41,583 nucleotides of DNA from Octopus sinensis (Eukaryota): assembly GCF_006345805.1 (NCBI RefSeq), contig NW_021835302.1, positions 1-41,583 of the forward strand, given 5' to 3'. Shown here in pieces: positions 1 through 10,810 of the stretch; position 1 is the stretch's first letter; the number at the start of each line of letters is the position of its first letter. The position numbers and the translations under genes are program-made. The notes under the pieces were generated by a model. That model saw only the letters and a list, made by a program, of their open reading frames with translations, did no database searches and was not told where the DNA came from.

Positions 1-509
1 TGAAATCGTCAATCATCACATACAATATCATCACTAGAATATACATCGTGCTGAATTGAGGAAAGCAAGCTCATAGAATTTTTTTTTTAAAGCATATATA
101 TTTAGAAATATACTAGGGGACTTAAGTGTACTCATGATTTTTTGGTTCTGCTTTTTTCCATGGGTGCTTGTAAGTATTTCATTTATTTCTTATCGCATTT
201 TCTGCTGATGAGGCAAAAAATCCATTGGATTAATCCCGAAATTGATCAATACAGAGATAACGCTTTTAAAAAAAAAAAAATTCTGTTAACTTGCTTTCCT
301 CGATTCAGCACAATGTGTATTCTATATTGGGGTATATATGGTATTTGGTGATTGATGATTTAAAGTCTATTTCTCAGCTTATTGGCATAGTAATTTTTTC
401 TTTTGCCCTTATTTATAATTGTACACACCCATCCACCCACCCACATACCCACCCACCCACCCCCACACACCCTTCCTTCATTTTGCTGCTTTTCTTTCTA
501 TGAAATGAG

Positions 510-662
510 AAGCTACATTGCGGGACTGTTATTTTAACGAGCTGTGTCTATTCATCACTTGATGAGACACATCTGCACTGCCAGATGCTCCTGGATCAGT
601 TGTTGAGTGTCCCACCTGTGAGGGATCCATGCAAGATGTGTCGGAACAATTGTTGTGATTAA
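510..662. CDS. Strand-ambiguous candidate terminal exon. Plus 510-662: KLHCGTVILTSCVYSSLDETHLHCQMLLDQLLSVPPVRDPCKMCRNNCCD*. Minus 529-615: VGHSTTDPGASGSADVSHQVMNRHSSLK*
   Basis: GC-richer unique island. The plus reading has a pyrimidine tract upstream and AATAAA at 664-669. The minus reading has cacag| in phase 0, matching the 2442 exon. Confidence 0.25.
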
Positions 663-701
663 TAATAAATTCTCATATATATTCCATCTTCCATTTACTA
701 A

Positions 702-741
<40 letters not shown>

Positions 742-1273
742 CGCTTGACAACCAATGTCGGTATGTTCCCATAACTTAGCACTTCAGCAAAAGAGACTGA
801 TAGAATAAGTACTAAGCTTACAAAGAATAAGTCCTGGAATTGATTTGTTCGACTAAAGGCTGGTCCTTGGCTATTGTTAGTGGAGTCCACTCTGTTGCAA
901 ACCACTCTACCAAAGAGTCTTAGAAGCCCTGCAAAGGCTGAGGGGTACTGTCCTTTCTTCTCTTCATAAACCCTTCAAAGACTTCTCGGAGCTAACACAT
1001 CATCAGCAACAATATTTTAGGCCTTTTCTCCCATCAGTTAACAGAGCTGCCTTGGTCTGAGTCAGTTCTTACCTTGACCATAGGCTGATGGCCACATCTC
1101 TGCTCAAGCATTTCATTTCTGGCATGAATTCTATAACTGGATACTCTTCCTATCACCAACCTCTTCACATAGTGTACTGGGAATATCTTAATCATGACAC
1201 CAGCACTAGAAAAATTGTCCAGCCCTCAGCAACACTATGTCAGATTGGCATAGAGGGTTAATCCTTCAGTAAA

Positions 1274-2123
1274 CCCTTTAGTGTTTAAACCGGCCCTATC
1301 CAGCCAAAATATTCTACCTATTTTATGTTCAAACTAGTCAGATATGGTCATTCATAGCTACCTTATTGTGTCATTTTAAAAATAAACAATCACATCAGTG
1401 AAATCTCAAAGCCATGAAATGATGCAGGATTAATTTTACATGGTGTGAATACATAAGCTTTACATTTGACAGAATAATCTGAATGCTAAAGGGTTAAACT
1501 GGCCGTAGCTAGCCCAAATATCGAACTTGTTTTATGTTCAAACTTGCCAGATTTGGTCTCTTATACCTACCCAACAATGCCATTTTAAAAATAAACAACT
1601 ACCTCATCAAAATTTCAGAAGCTCTGAGATTATTTGAAAACAATGTGAATAAATAACAATTACATTTGACAGTGTAACCAGAATGCTAAAGGGTTGAACC
1701 AGTCATACCCAGCCCAAATATTCTCCTGCTTGTTTTAGATTCAAACAAGTCAAATCCTGCCTCTCACACATACCCTAGAATGTCATTTTAAAAGTAAACA
1801 ATCAAGTCATTGAAATTTCAGAAGCTATGATATAATCCATGATTAATTCAAAACAATGAGAATATATAAGGATTACATATGACAGAATAATCTCAAAGCT
1901 TAAAGGGTTGAATCAGTCATATCCAACCCAAATATTCTTCTACCTGTTTTGTGTTCAAACTGACCAGATCCTGCCTCTCACACCTACCCTACAATGTCAT
2001 TCTAAAAATAAACAATTTCATCATAGAAATATCCAAGCTATGAGATAAGGCATGATTAATTGAAAATAATGTGAATAAGTAAGGGTTACATTTGACAGAA
2101 TAATCTCAACGCTAAAGGGTTAA
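1274..2123 (+). mobile_element. piggyBac-like MITE with body amplified x4 in tandem (~200-224 bp units)
   Basis: Left end (T/A)AA-CCCTTTAG; each unit ends GCT(T)AAAGGG-TT(A/G)A at ~1497, 1697, 1911 and 2123. Confidence 0.75.
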
Positions 2124-2235
2124 TGTCGTGATAATTATTTGATGTTGTTAATAAACATGAAGCAAAAATTTTGAGTTCAAATCTTGTCAACGTATATTGC
2201 ATAGAAAAATCTAGTGAACAGGATCCATGGGTTTA

Positions 2236-2305
2236 ACATGACTTGACATGACCTTGACATGAACTTGACATGTCCTTGGCATGACCTTGACATGACCTGA
2301 CATTT
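2236..2305 (+). repeat. 11-bp tandem repeat (GACATGACCTT) x~6
   Basis: Seen directly in the sequence. Confidence 0.85.
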
Positions 2306-2441
2306 GTCTAGTGATATTAGGTAAGAAGAAATGTGTTCCTTGAAAAATGATTCCTCTATATTTTTTGTTTTTTTCAATTATTGGCTGGAATGGCTTTAGT
2401 TATTGCACCAACAACCTTGGATGAAGTCAGAAATAACAGAC

Positions 2442-2560
2442 CTTCCTTATGTTAAGGATGTCTTCTTCTAGGACTTTGTGGTCATTCAACCTGCTAGAAA
2501 TATCAGCCAAGTTTTCCTTCAAACCAAACCCTATCATCTTCAAGAAGTTGACATTTAAGT
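2442..2560 (-). CDS. Candidate exon: (D)LNVNFLKMIGFGLKENLADISSRLNDHKVLEEDILNIRK
   Basis: Acceptor ttatattatccaatgtag| in phase 1, only one open frame, weak donor AAG|gtctgt in phase 0. Confidence 0.35.
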
Positions 2561-3785
2561 CTACATTGGATAATATAACACTGGACATACAATGCCTGGA
2601 TTTAAGACAGGGTGGTCATGGATGGAATGCATTTCATCATAGGTGCTAGGCATGGCTGCATGATGAAAAAGTTCACTCTGCAGTCACATAGTTTCAGGAT
2701 CTGTTCCACTGTGAAATACCTTGGGAAAGTGTCTTCTACTGTAGCCCCAGGCCAACCAAAACCTTGTGAATGAATTTGGTAGATGGAAATTGAAAGAAGC
2801 CCATCATGTGTGTGTGTGTGTGTAAGTTTGATTCTCCTTGTCTTGACCTTGTGTGGCAGTCGTAAATGAGTGTCACTGTTATACAAGCAGTGTCATTCAT
2901 TCCCATTCTTCCTCAAAAACACGTCTGGTCATGGGGAACCATCACCCTGCTTAGAAACAGGTGTGGGTGGGTGACAGGAAGAGCATCCAGCTGTAGCAAA
3001 ATAAAAAAAATTTACCTCCACGAATTTCATGCAACTCAAGCCAACATGGTAAAGTGGACCTTAGTGGTGATGATGATGATGATGATGATGATGACGATAG
3101 TTGTACTCAGTGCTGACCTGCACCAGACAACAACAACAACAACACTTTAGAATGTTTCACAACAACAGTATCAAGAGGAATTCCTAATAATCTTTCCATT
3201 TAGATGTGTAGCTGGGGGATAAGCTCCCCATATCAAATTCCATAACCTAAATATTAGTAAGCTACATTCTCTTAAATTAGGGGAATCAAGGCTTTTAATA
3301 AACGGTCTCATTTCATGCAACATTTTGCAAAATTAGACTTCTTTTTTCCTCTTTTCTTTTCCTCAGCCGGGCTCTAAATTTCCTCTTACAATTTGAATCG
3401 TATTCTGACAAGACGTGTCCCTTTTTTTCAATTTAAAATCTTTGATTATTTGTAAAACGATGTAACGGATGAAGTATTTAATATGATGCCTTATGGGATA
3501 TTGAACTTCAGAGCCTGCTTTCAGAAAACAAATGAAACAAGGGATACAAATGTAATGGGAGCAAGGATCAGAGAAGATGAAGTCTGAAAGTCTCACCTAA
3601 TCACAAACAATCGCAGAAATATACACAAAATCATGTCATATATATATGAGAAGAAAACAAAAATGGAGATTAGGAAATTGATAAGTTTATTATTAACAAC
3701 AAATTAATCATCTTCACTTACAGCTGTTTCAATTAATGCTCAGTAAATATTAAATTGAGTCTGCTATAATGAATCCATAAACATA

Positions 3786-4296
3786 TCTATATATATATAA
3801 AACTGTAGTTGGGTGAGTGTCTGTCCCTTCGATTTAGATTCCTAACTACTCCCACATTTTGTGTGTGCAGTTTAACCAATTCGGTATCTTATAGTCGTGA
3901 TTCATATCGAGCCCGTCTGGCTATTAGCACACGTCTACGATGAGTCTACGATTTTAAAATAATTTAACATCTTTTTTTATTCCATTTTAATGCATATTTT
4001 TCGTGTGTTGATGGCGGCGGAGTTGGGTCCATGGTCACACCTGCACCTGTTTGCTTCTCTCCCCCTTCTTCCCACCCTCGTGAATCTGTGGGGAAGGGAG
4101 TGTAAGGAAATCAACGTCGTAAACGTTGTCAAGGAGACCATCGTTCTTTTAGAACAACGACTTCATGGCTTGAAGACACCAAAACAGAAATGGCTAAGAA
4201 AGCCCGAATTGGCATCTATAAGGGAAGTAACTCTCTAAAAATGCTTATATAGTTATTTCCCTTACAAACCCGAGCAACGCCGGGCGATACTGCTAG
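3786..4296 (+). mobile_element. Non-autonomous Helitron
   Basis: A|TC...CTAG|T termini, subterminal hairpin CCCGAGCAACGCCGGG, no TSD. Homologous to 33875-34400. Confidence 0.85.
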
Positions 4297-4640
4297 TATA
4301 AAATAAAACATCCAAGGATGTATTTTTTCTTCCGAATATATTATGCCCAGGTCATATAAATATAAACTTAATATTTACTGAGCATTAATTGAAACAGCTG
4401 TAAGAAATAATGATTAATTTGCTGTTAATAAATAATTATTAACTTTCCAATCTCCATTTTCCTTTTTCTTCTTTTATATGAATATAAACTATATGTTTAT
4501 ATATATATACACCTATTATTTTAAGGAAATTATTTCCCCCAAATACTAGGTATTAACCAGTATTTCCTTGGATGAAACCATTCTTTCATGAGGTTAACAC
4601 AACCTCTAATTAATTATATATATATATAATTATATATATA

Positions 4641-4800
4641 GGAGTGGCTGTGTGGTAAGTAGCTTGCTTACCACCACATGGTTCTGGTTCAGTCCCACTG
4701 CGTGGCATCTTGGGCAAGTGTCTTCTGCTATAGCCTCGGGCCGACCAATGCTTGTGAGTGGATTTGGTAGACGGAAACTGAAAGAAGCCTGTCGTATATA

Positions 4801-4846
<46 letters not shown>

Positions 4847-5053
4847 ATATGTTTGTGTGTCTGTGTTTGTCCCCCCCACCATCGCTTGACAACCGATGCT
4901 GGTGTGTTTACGTCCCCGTCACTTAGCGGTTCGGCAAAAAGAGGCGATAGAATAAGTACTGGGCTTACAAAGAATAAGTCCTGGGGTCAATTTGCTCGAC
5001 TAAAGGTGGTGCTCCAGCATGGCCGCACTCACATGACTGAAACAAGTAAAAGG
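4641..5053 (+). mobile_element. tRNA-derived SINE family A (CORE-like; ~400 bp; central TA/TG microsatellite; (AAAAGAGT)n tail)
   Basis: Pol III A/B-box-like head GGAGTGGCTGTGTGGTAAG...GGTTCAGTCCC and CORE-like CTTGGGCAAGTGTCTT; many copies in the window. Confidence 0.85.
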
Positions 5054-5067
5054 GTATATATATATAT

Positions 5068-5099
<32 letters not shown>

Positions 5100-5179
5100 A
5101 TACATATATACAGGTATGTTGATGCAAACAGGAAAAATAGAACTCAAATATGAATATATTTATATTTTTTATTAATATT

Positions 5180-5279
5180 TAACAGAGTGACTTAAGGTCC
5201 AAGAGCTTCATGCATTGGCACCTGTTACTTTTGATAAGTGCCTCCGAATGTAATTCTTGGACCTTGAGTCACTCTGTTA
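5180..5279. other. 100-nt long hairpin (25-bp near-perfect outer stem plus paired inner stem)
   Basis: TAACAGAGTGACTTAAGGTCCAAGA / TCTTGGACCTTGAGTCACTCTGTTA. Confidence 0.7.
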
Positions 5280-5303
5280 CTTCTGCCAAATATCAATATA
5301 TAT

Positions 5304-5342
<39 letters not shown>

Positions 5343-5345
<3 letters not shown>

Positions 5346-5530
5346 CGGGAAAGTATACGAAAATAAACAAAGACGAAGGCAGGTGGAGTACAAACAAACA
5401 AATGTATTAGTATGCGCTCAGGAGAATAGAAATAGAACAAGTCTTTTACGTTCGAGCCTACGCTCTTCAACAGAAAAAAACAAGGAGAGAAAAAAATGCG
5501 TGTAGGAGCTAACGATCTATCATGGTGTCC
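5343..5530 (-). mobile_element. Penelope-like remnant family P1 with hammerhead-like motif (5443-5477)
   Basis: Three homologous copies (here, 21582-21760, 29812-30005). Confidence 0.55.
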
Positions 5531-6037
5531 TATGAAGGCAAAGTGGCTGAGTTTCTTTCGAGTGTTGGGCCTCACGGAGGCAATGACTGAGATCTTTGGC
5601 ATTATGTTATGCTTGAGAAGAAGACCCATCAAGCCAAGTAAAATCACAGTTGTGGCAGATACTGGTTTCACACAAATGGCACCAGTGCTGGTGCATGTAA
5701 AAGCATGCATTACATTCTCGGAGTGGTTGGCATTAGGAAACCATGCCAAATCAGACTGGAGCCTGGTGCAGCTGCTTAGCCTACCAGCCCTGGTCAAACC
5801 AGCCAATCCATACCAGCATGAACGACCGATGTCGTTAAATGATGATGATGATGATGATGATGAAGTTTTGTGTATTTTATTATTTAAAACAGTTTGATTC
5901 AGCTCCACGTGACTCAAACTTCCACAGAAACCATGCTTTTCAGTCTCAGATTACTGAATTGGAAACTGAACAAGCCTGGGTTCTATTAGGATCCTATAAA
6001 TCTTTAAGTCTCATTTAAGCCGATTTAAACTGTTTGA

Positions 6038-6087
<50 letters not shown>

Positions 6088-6190
6088 GTGCAATAAGAAG
6101 TGCAAAAGATTGTCTTAACTGGTACATCACACGTATTGAGAAGAGCATTGTCGAGTGTGAGAACTGTTGTGCTCATGTATTTTAATCTAA

Positions 6191-6227
<37 letters not shown>

Positions 6228-6348
6228 AACGAACTTCTGAGTTTGGTTTAATGGCCTACCAATAACACTATGAGTTCTTTTGCCCTAGGAGTCGGGAAGA
6301 CACTCGGCAAGAAATGGAAGGAAAATTTGAAAGAAGAAAAAAAAAAGT
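6088..6348 (+). mobile_element. R4/Dong-clade LINE 3' end (fragment 1)
   Basis: Encodes EVQKIVLTGTSHVLRRALS, a typical RLE-LINE C-terminus, then a 3'UTR and (TAA)n. Confidence 0.6.
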
Positions 6349-6385
6349 AATAATAATAATAATAACAACAACAACAACAACAATA

Positions 6386-6739
6386 ATGGCAGTGCCAGGA
6401 GATCAACATATCATCATGAAAGAAAGAGAAAAAGTTGATAAATATGGAGACCTGAGTATTGAGATTGCTAAGATGTGGCAGCTGTGAGAGTCAAAGATAA
6501 AGGTTATATCCCTGTTGTCATCGGAGAATTGGGTTCAATACCACCAAATCTAAAGAAAGATCTGGAAGCCTTAGAAATACCCTACAATCTAGATGTGCTG
6601 CAAAAGTTGGCATTACTTGGAATTGCACCGCTTATTGCATAAAGTACTGTCTGCTTGAGGTCCTTGGTGTGACTTGATAACCAGTACAAACCCCCGACAG
6701 ACACAATATCTTCAATATCTATAATAATAATAATGATAA
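6386..6739 (+). mobile_element. R4/Dong-clade LINE 3' end (fragment 2, disrupted)
   Basis: MAVPGDQHIIMKEREKVDKYGDLSIEIAKMWQL*...PVVIGELGSIPPNLKKDLEALEIPYNLDVLQKLALLG matches the restriction-like endonuclease C-terminus. Contains a stop and frameshift; (TAA)n tail. Confidence 0.8.
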
Positions 6740-6744
6740 TACAT

Positions 6745-6751
6745 GTATTAC

Positions 6752-6796
<45 letters not shown>

Positions 6797-6881
6797 CATA
6801 TATATATACATACCTATATATACATACATACTATATATACATACATATATATATACATAACATATATATACATATATCATA

Positions 6882-6916
<35 letters not shown>

Positions 6917-7043
6917 CATAATACATATATATACATATATATATACATACATAACATATACATACATAACTATACATATATATACATACATACATTAATA
7001 TACATATATACATATACATATATATACATAATACATAATATAC

Positions 7044-7082
<39 letters not shown>

Positions 7083-7185
7083 CATTACATATATTATACA
7101 TACATACATATATATACATACATACATATATATACATACATACATATATATACATACATACATATACATACATACATATATATAC

Positions 7186-7224
<39 letters not shown>

Positions 7225-7228
7225 TGCA
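6745..7228. repeat. Compound (TA)/(TACA)/(CA) microsatellite
   Basis: Seen directly. Similar tracts at 22630-23055, 23340-23740, 31905-32005 and 36120-36630. Confidence 0.95.
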
Positions 7229-7473
7229 TGCACAGGTGTGTGTATGCTGGTATTACAGACAGCATGAAGGTGCATCCTTTTATGCCAAAAAAGGTGACTC
7301 TACCATTCAATAGAGATCAATAAAATAAGAACCAACTGAGGTTGATATGTTTGACTTGAAACCATTAAAGGTATTGCTCCAGCATGGCTGCAGTCCAATA
7401 AACGAAACAAGAGAAAAGTCACCAACATTAAAGAACATAATAAATAAAACAGCATTAAAAAACATTAAACAAT

Positions 7474-7887
7474 GGGCGCAGGAATGGCTGTGTGGTAAGT
7501 AGCTTGCTAACCAACCACATGGTTCCGGGTTCAGTCCCACTGCGTGGCATCTTGGGCAAGTGTCTTCTGCTATAGCCCCGGGCCGACCAATGCCTTGTGA
7601 GTGGATTTGGTAGACGGAAACTGAAAGAAGCCTGTCGTATATATGTATATGTATGTATGTGTGTTTGTGTGTCTGTGTTTGTCCCCCTAGCATTGCTTGA
7701 CAACCGATGCTGGTGTGTTTAGGTCCCCATCACTTAGCGATTCGGCAAAAGAGACCGATAGAATAAGTACTGGGTTTACAAAGAATAAGTCCCAGGGTCG
7801 ATTTGCTCGACTAAAGGCGGTGCTCCAGCATGGCCGCAGTCAAATGACTGAAACAAGTAAAAGAGTAAAAGAGTAAAGAGTAAGAGT
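7474..7887 (+). mobile_element. SINE family A, full length
   Basis: Same head, body and tail as 4641. Confidence 0.85.
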
Positions 7888-7900
7888 AATGAATAGTTAC

Positions 7901-8105
7901 CGGTCAACATGGACACAGACAAAAACGATCCCCAATAGGTTAGGCTGTCACCAAAGTCATCGCTATTATTATTCTTGTTGTTAACGATACTCCATTTGTT
8001 ATTAATTTTACGGCAATTTGTAACACAGCAGAAACAGTCAAATAATGACTTCTTCCATTTACTTTGTGGTGACTTTGATATCTTCTTTCTTTTTCTTCTC
8101 TCCAT
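7901..8105 (-). CDS. Probable alternative first coding exon: MERRKRKKISKSPQSKWKKSLFDCFCCVTNCRKINNKWSIVNNKNNNSDDFGDSLTYWGSFLSVSMLT
   Basis: ATG in good context (taaaATGG), 68 codons open, donor CCG|gtaact in phase 1 (same phase as the 30715 exon), with CpG-rich unique sequence just upstream. Confidence 0.5.
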
Positions 8106-8540
8106 TTTACATCTAAATTCCCTTCCAAATTGGCACCATATATATATATATATATCGTTTCCAAATGTCCCTGTCTTTAAACTTATATTTGCTTTGCTGT
8201 CACATTAATAAAATTCCAAAGGCCGTGTCTTCGCCCTCTGCCTTTCTTCTGGTGATTGTTACAAAACACTAAAGAGTGGCTTGACCGATTGACTGACCCT
8301 TCGACAGACCGACTTATTGAAGCAGCTATTAACTTTCACCGATGCCGACGCCGACTCTCGACCAAATAACAAACTCCCTCCTCCTCAGCCTGCAGCGCCA
8401 CCTGTTGTTTAGCTTCGGTATAGAGTGTCAATGAATATTCATTGAAAGAAAAAACAAAAATCAATTTCTAAAAAGAGACTTTATAATCAATAAATGTCAC
8501 ATGATCCCCACTGAAACCAAGACTCAGGGCGGGGGGGGGA
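8106..8540 (-). promoter_or_regulatory. Candidate promoter/5'UTR for the 7901-8105 exon
   Basis: CpG cluster at 8221-8420, GGGCGG box at ~8527, E-box/CTCF-like ACAACAGGTGGCGC at ~8395-8408. Confidence 0.4.
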
Positions 8541-8850
8541 TTTTAAGAAACTTCTATAGATTCCACATGGTTTGGGCGATAAAAATTAGTCAGAAAAATC
8601 ATTATTTTTTTTTTTTTTTTTTTTCATAACGAGATGCCTTTTTGGTATTGATTGCCAATGCAGAACATTTGTAGAAATTGAAATAACTAAACTTTACTTA
8701 TAATTATATTTAGTTAACAAATACACCAAAAAATTATAAAAATAGTAGTTAACACATGTTTCCTTGGGTTAACATGAGAAATTTCCAAACCAAACCAACC
8801 AACAAGCACAGGGCCAGCATCAGGACATTCAGAAAGCTAGACCAGCCCTT

Positions 8851-9200
8851 CAATGTGTACCCAACTTCTCTCAGATCTTCAATATGTACCCTACTTCTCT
8901 CAACAGCTTCAATGTGTACCCCACTTCTCTCAGACATTCAGTATGTACCCCACTTTTCTCAGCCCTTCAGTATGTACCCAACTTCTCTCGGCCCTTCAAT
9001 ATGTACCCAACTTCTCTCAGCCCTTCAATGTGTACCCAACTTCTCTCAGCCCTTCAATGTGTACCCCACTTCTCTCAGACATTCAGTATGTACTCCACTT
9101 CTCTCAGCCCTTCAGTATGTACCCAACTTCTCTCAGCCCTTTAATATGTACCCCATTTTTCTCAGCCCTTTAATATGTATCTCACTTTTCTCAGCCCTTC
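8851..9200 (+). repeat. 29-bp minisatellite, 12 copies plus a decayed tail to ~9345
   Basis: AATATGTACCCAACTTCTCTCAGCCCTTC. Confidence 0.95.
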
Positions 9201-9690
9201 CCCTTTTCCCAGCCAAACAGTATGTGCCCTCATCTGCAAATTTCACAATTTGTACCCACTTCTCCTAGCCCTAAAATAAGTTCCCTGTCTTCCAGCCCTT
9301 CAATATGTACTGCTTTCTTGTAGCCCTACAAAGTATGCACCCTTCTCTAATTTTTCCAACCACTTCCTCCTGCCATCCCCCACCTCATTACACCCCCAAA
9401 ATCAGTCCCACCAAAATTATAATCAACTGACAATCAATAAATCTATAGTTTTCTTATGTGTGTCATTGAATAAATATGTTCATCTGGCAAATATCTGAAA
9501 TGTTTTAAGTCAAATCATGTGACAGATCATGTAATATCACATGACCCTCCTGTCTACACCCCACACTTACCCCTATCTTCCATCCTCCTCTGTTACAGGA
9601 CTGACCTCACCTACTCTGTTTTCATATTTTTGGTGGTTTCAGAAATATTGTCTCAGTTGTTCAAAGTTTGAGTGATTCCTCCAGTTTTAA

Positions 9691-9911
9691 CCCTTTCGTT
9701 ACCAACCCGGCTAGAAACCGGCTCTGACTCTGAGTACAAATGTCTTGTTTTCACAAGTTTTGAATTAAAATCTTCCACCAGACTTTAATCACAATTTATG
9801 TTCCTAACACTAGCTGAATGATAACGAAGTTATTTTACTAAATTCTTTGTTGTATTTAAAGTAATTGAAAGAAATACAGAGCATCTCAACAGAAATACAG
9901 TAACAAAAGGG
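9691..9911. mobile_element. piggyBac-like MITE (second family)
   Basis: TTAA|CCCTTTCGTTAC...GTAACAAAAGGG|TTAA. A partial homologue lies at ~19018-19142. Confidence 0.8.
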
Positions 9912-10590
9912 TTAAGCATCCAAAGAAATCACCAAACGTAGTAAGCTGACAGAATCATTCGCACACCTGGCAAAATGCTCTGCAGTATGTCGTCTGCCTT
10001 CACGTTCCGAGTTCAAATTCTGCTGAGGTTGGACTTAGCCCTTTGTCCTTTCAGGATCGATAAAGTAAGCACCAGTTAAACACTGGGGTCAATGTAATTG
10101 ACTTAACTACTCCTGGATCATCATCATCATCATCATCATTTAACGTCCGCTTTCCATGCTAGCTAGCATGGGTGGACGTTCAACTGTGGTCTGGGGAGCC
10201 CGAAGGCTGCACCAGGCCAGTCAGATCTTGGCAGTGTTTCTACAGCTGGATGCCCTTCCTAACCCAACCAACCACTCCGAGAGTGTAGTGGGTGATTTTA
10301 TGTGCCACCGACACAGGTGCCAGACGAGGCTGGCGAACGGCCACGCTCGATATGAGTATAAAAAAAAAACCACCTGCACCCGTCTGCTGAACCAAGTCAA
10401 GCCAGAGCGGCAGAGTAAGCTCATCAAACTAATACGATCTCAGGATGAAATCCGTGACCTCCACATCAGACCGTGGTTAATGGAGAGGACATGCTGAGGC
10501 CTTTGTTTTACAGTAAACTAAACATGGATCTGCCTTAATTTGCCCAGCACTTAGCACTGGCCCTCGACCAATACAATGCTAAAGGGTTAA

Positions 10591-10810
10591 CCCTTTAGCA
10601 TTCAGATTAATTTGTCAAAAGTAATCCTTATTTATTCATATTTTTAAAAAATTACCTGATATTATTTTGTACCTTCAAGATAGGAAAGATGTAATTGCTT
10701 ATTTTTAGGGTGACATTGCAGGGTAGGTGTGAGATGCATGTTCTGGCCAGTTTGAACATAAAATGTATAGAATATTTGGGTCGGATATAGCCGGTTTAAA
10801 CACTAAAGGG
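10591..10810 (-). mobile_element. piggyBac-like MITE, single copy of the 1274-2123 family
   Basis: TTAA|CCCTTTAGCA...CACTAAAGGG|TTAA. Degenerate relatives at ~24810-24990, 25420-25590 and 31260-31415. Confidence 0.75.

Noticed and set aside
1072-1170. Strong minus-strand donor CAAG|gtaaga
   Set aside because: The upstream sequence is a decayed family-E repeat.
3390-3514. Minus-strand exon candidate GSEVQYPIRHHIKYFIRY...
   Set aside because: The acceptor is good but the donor is weak (ATT|gtaaga), the composition is very AT-rich, and its end phase is incompatible with the next candidate.
6719-7310. Long Y/I/H/T-rich ORFs (also 22468-23760, 34701-35180, 36029-36742)
   Set aside because: They are translations of TA/CA/TCTA microsatellites.
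8756-9268. Repetitive ORFs, and a possible CRISPR-like look
   Set aside because: A head-to-tail 29-bp minisatellite with no unique spacers, in a eukaryotic context.
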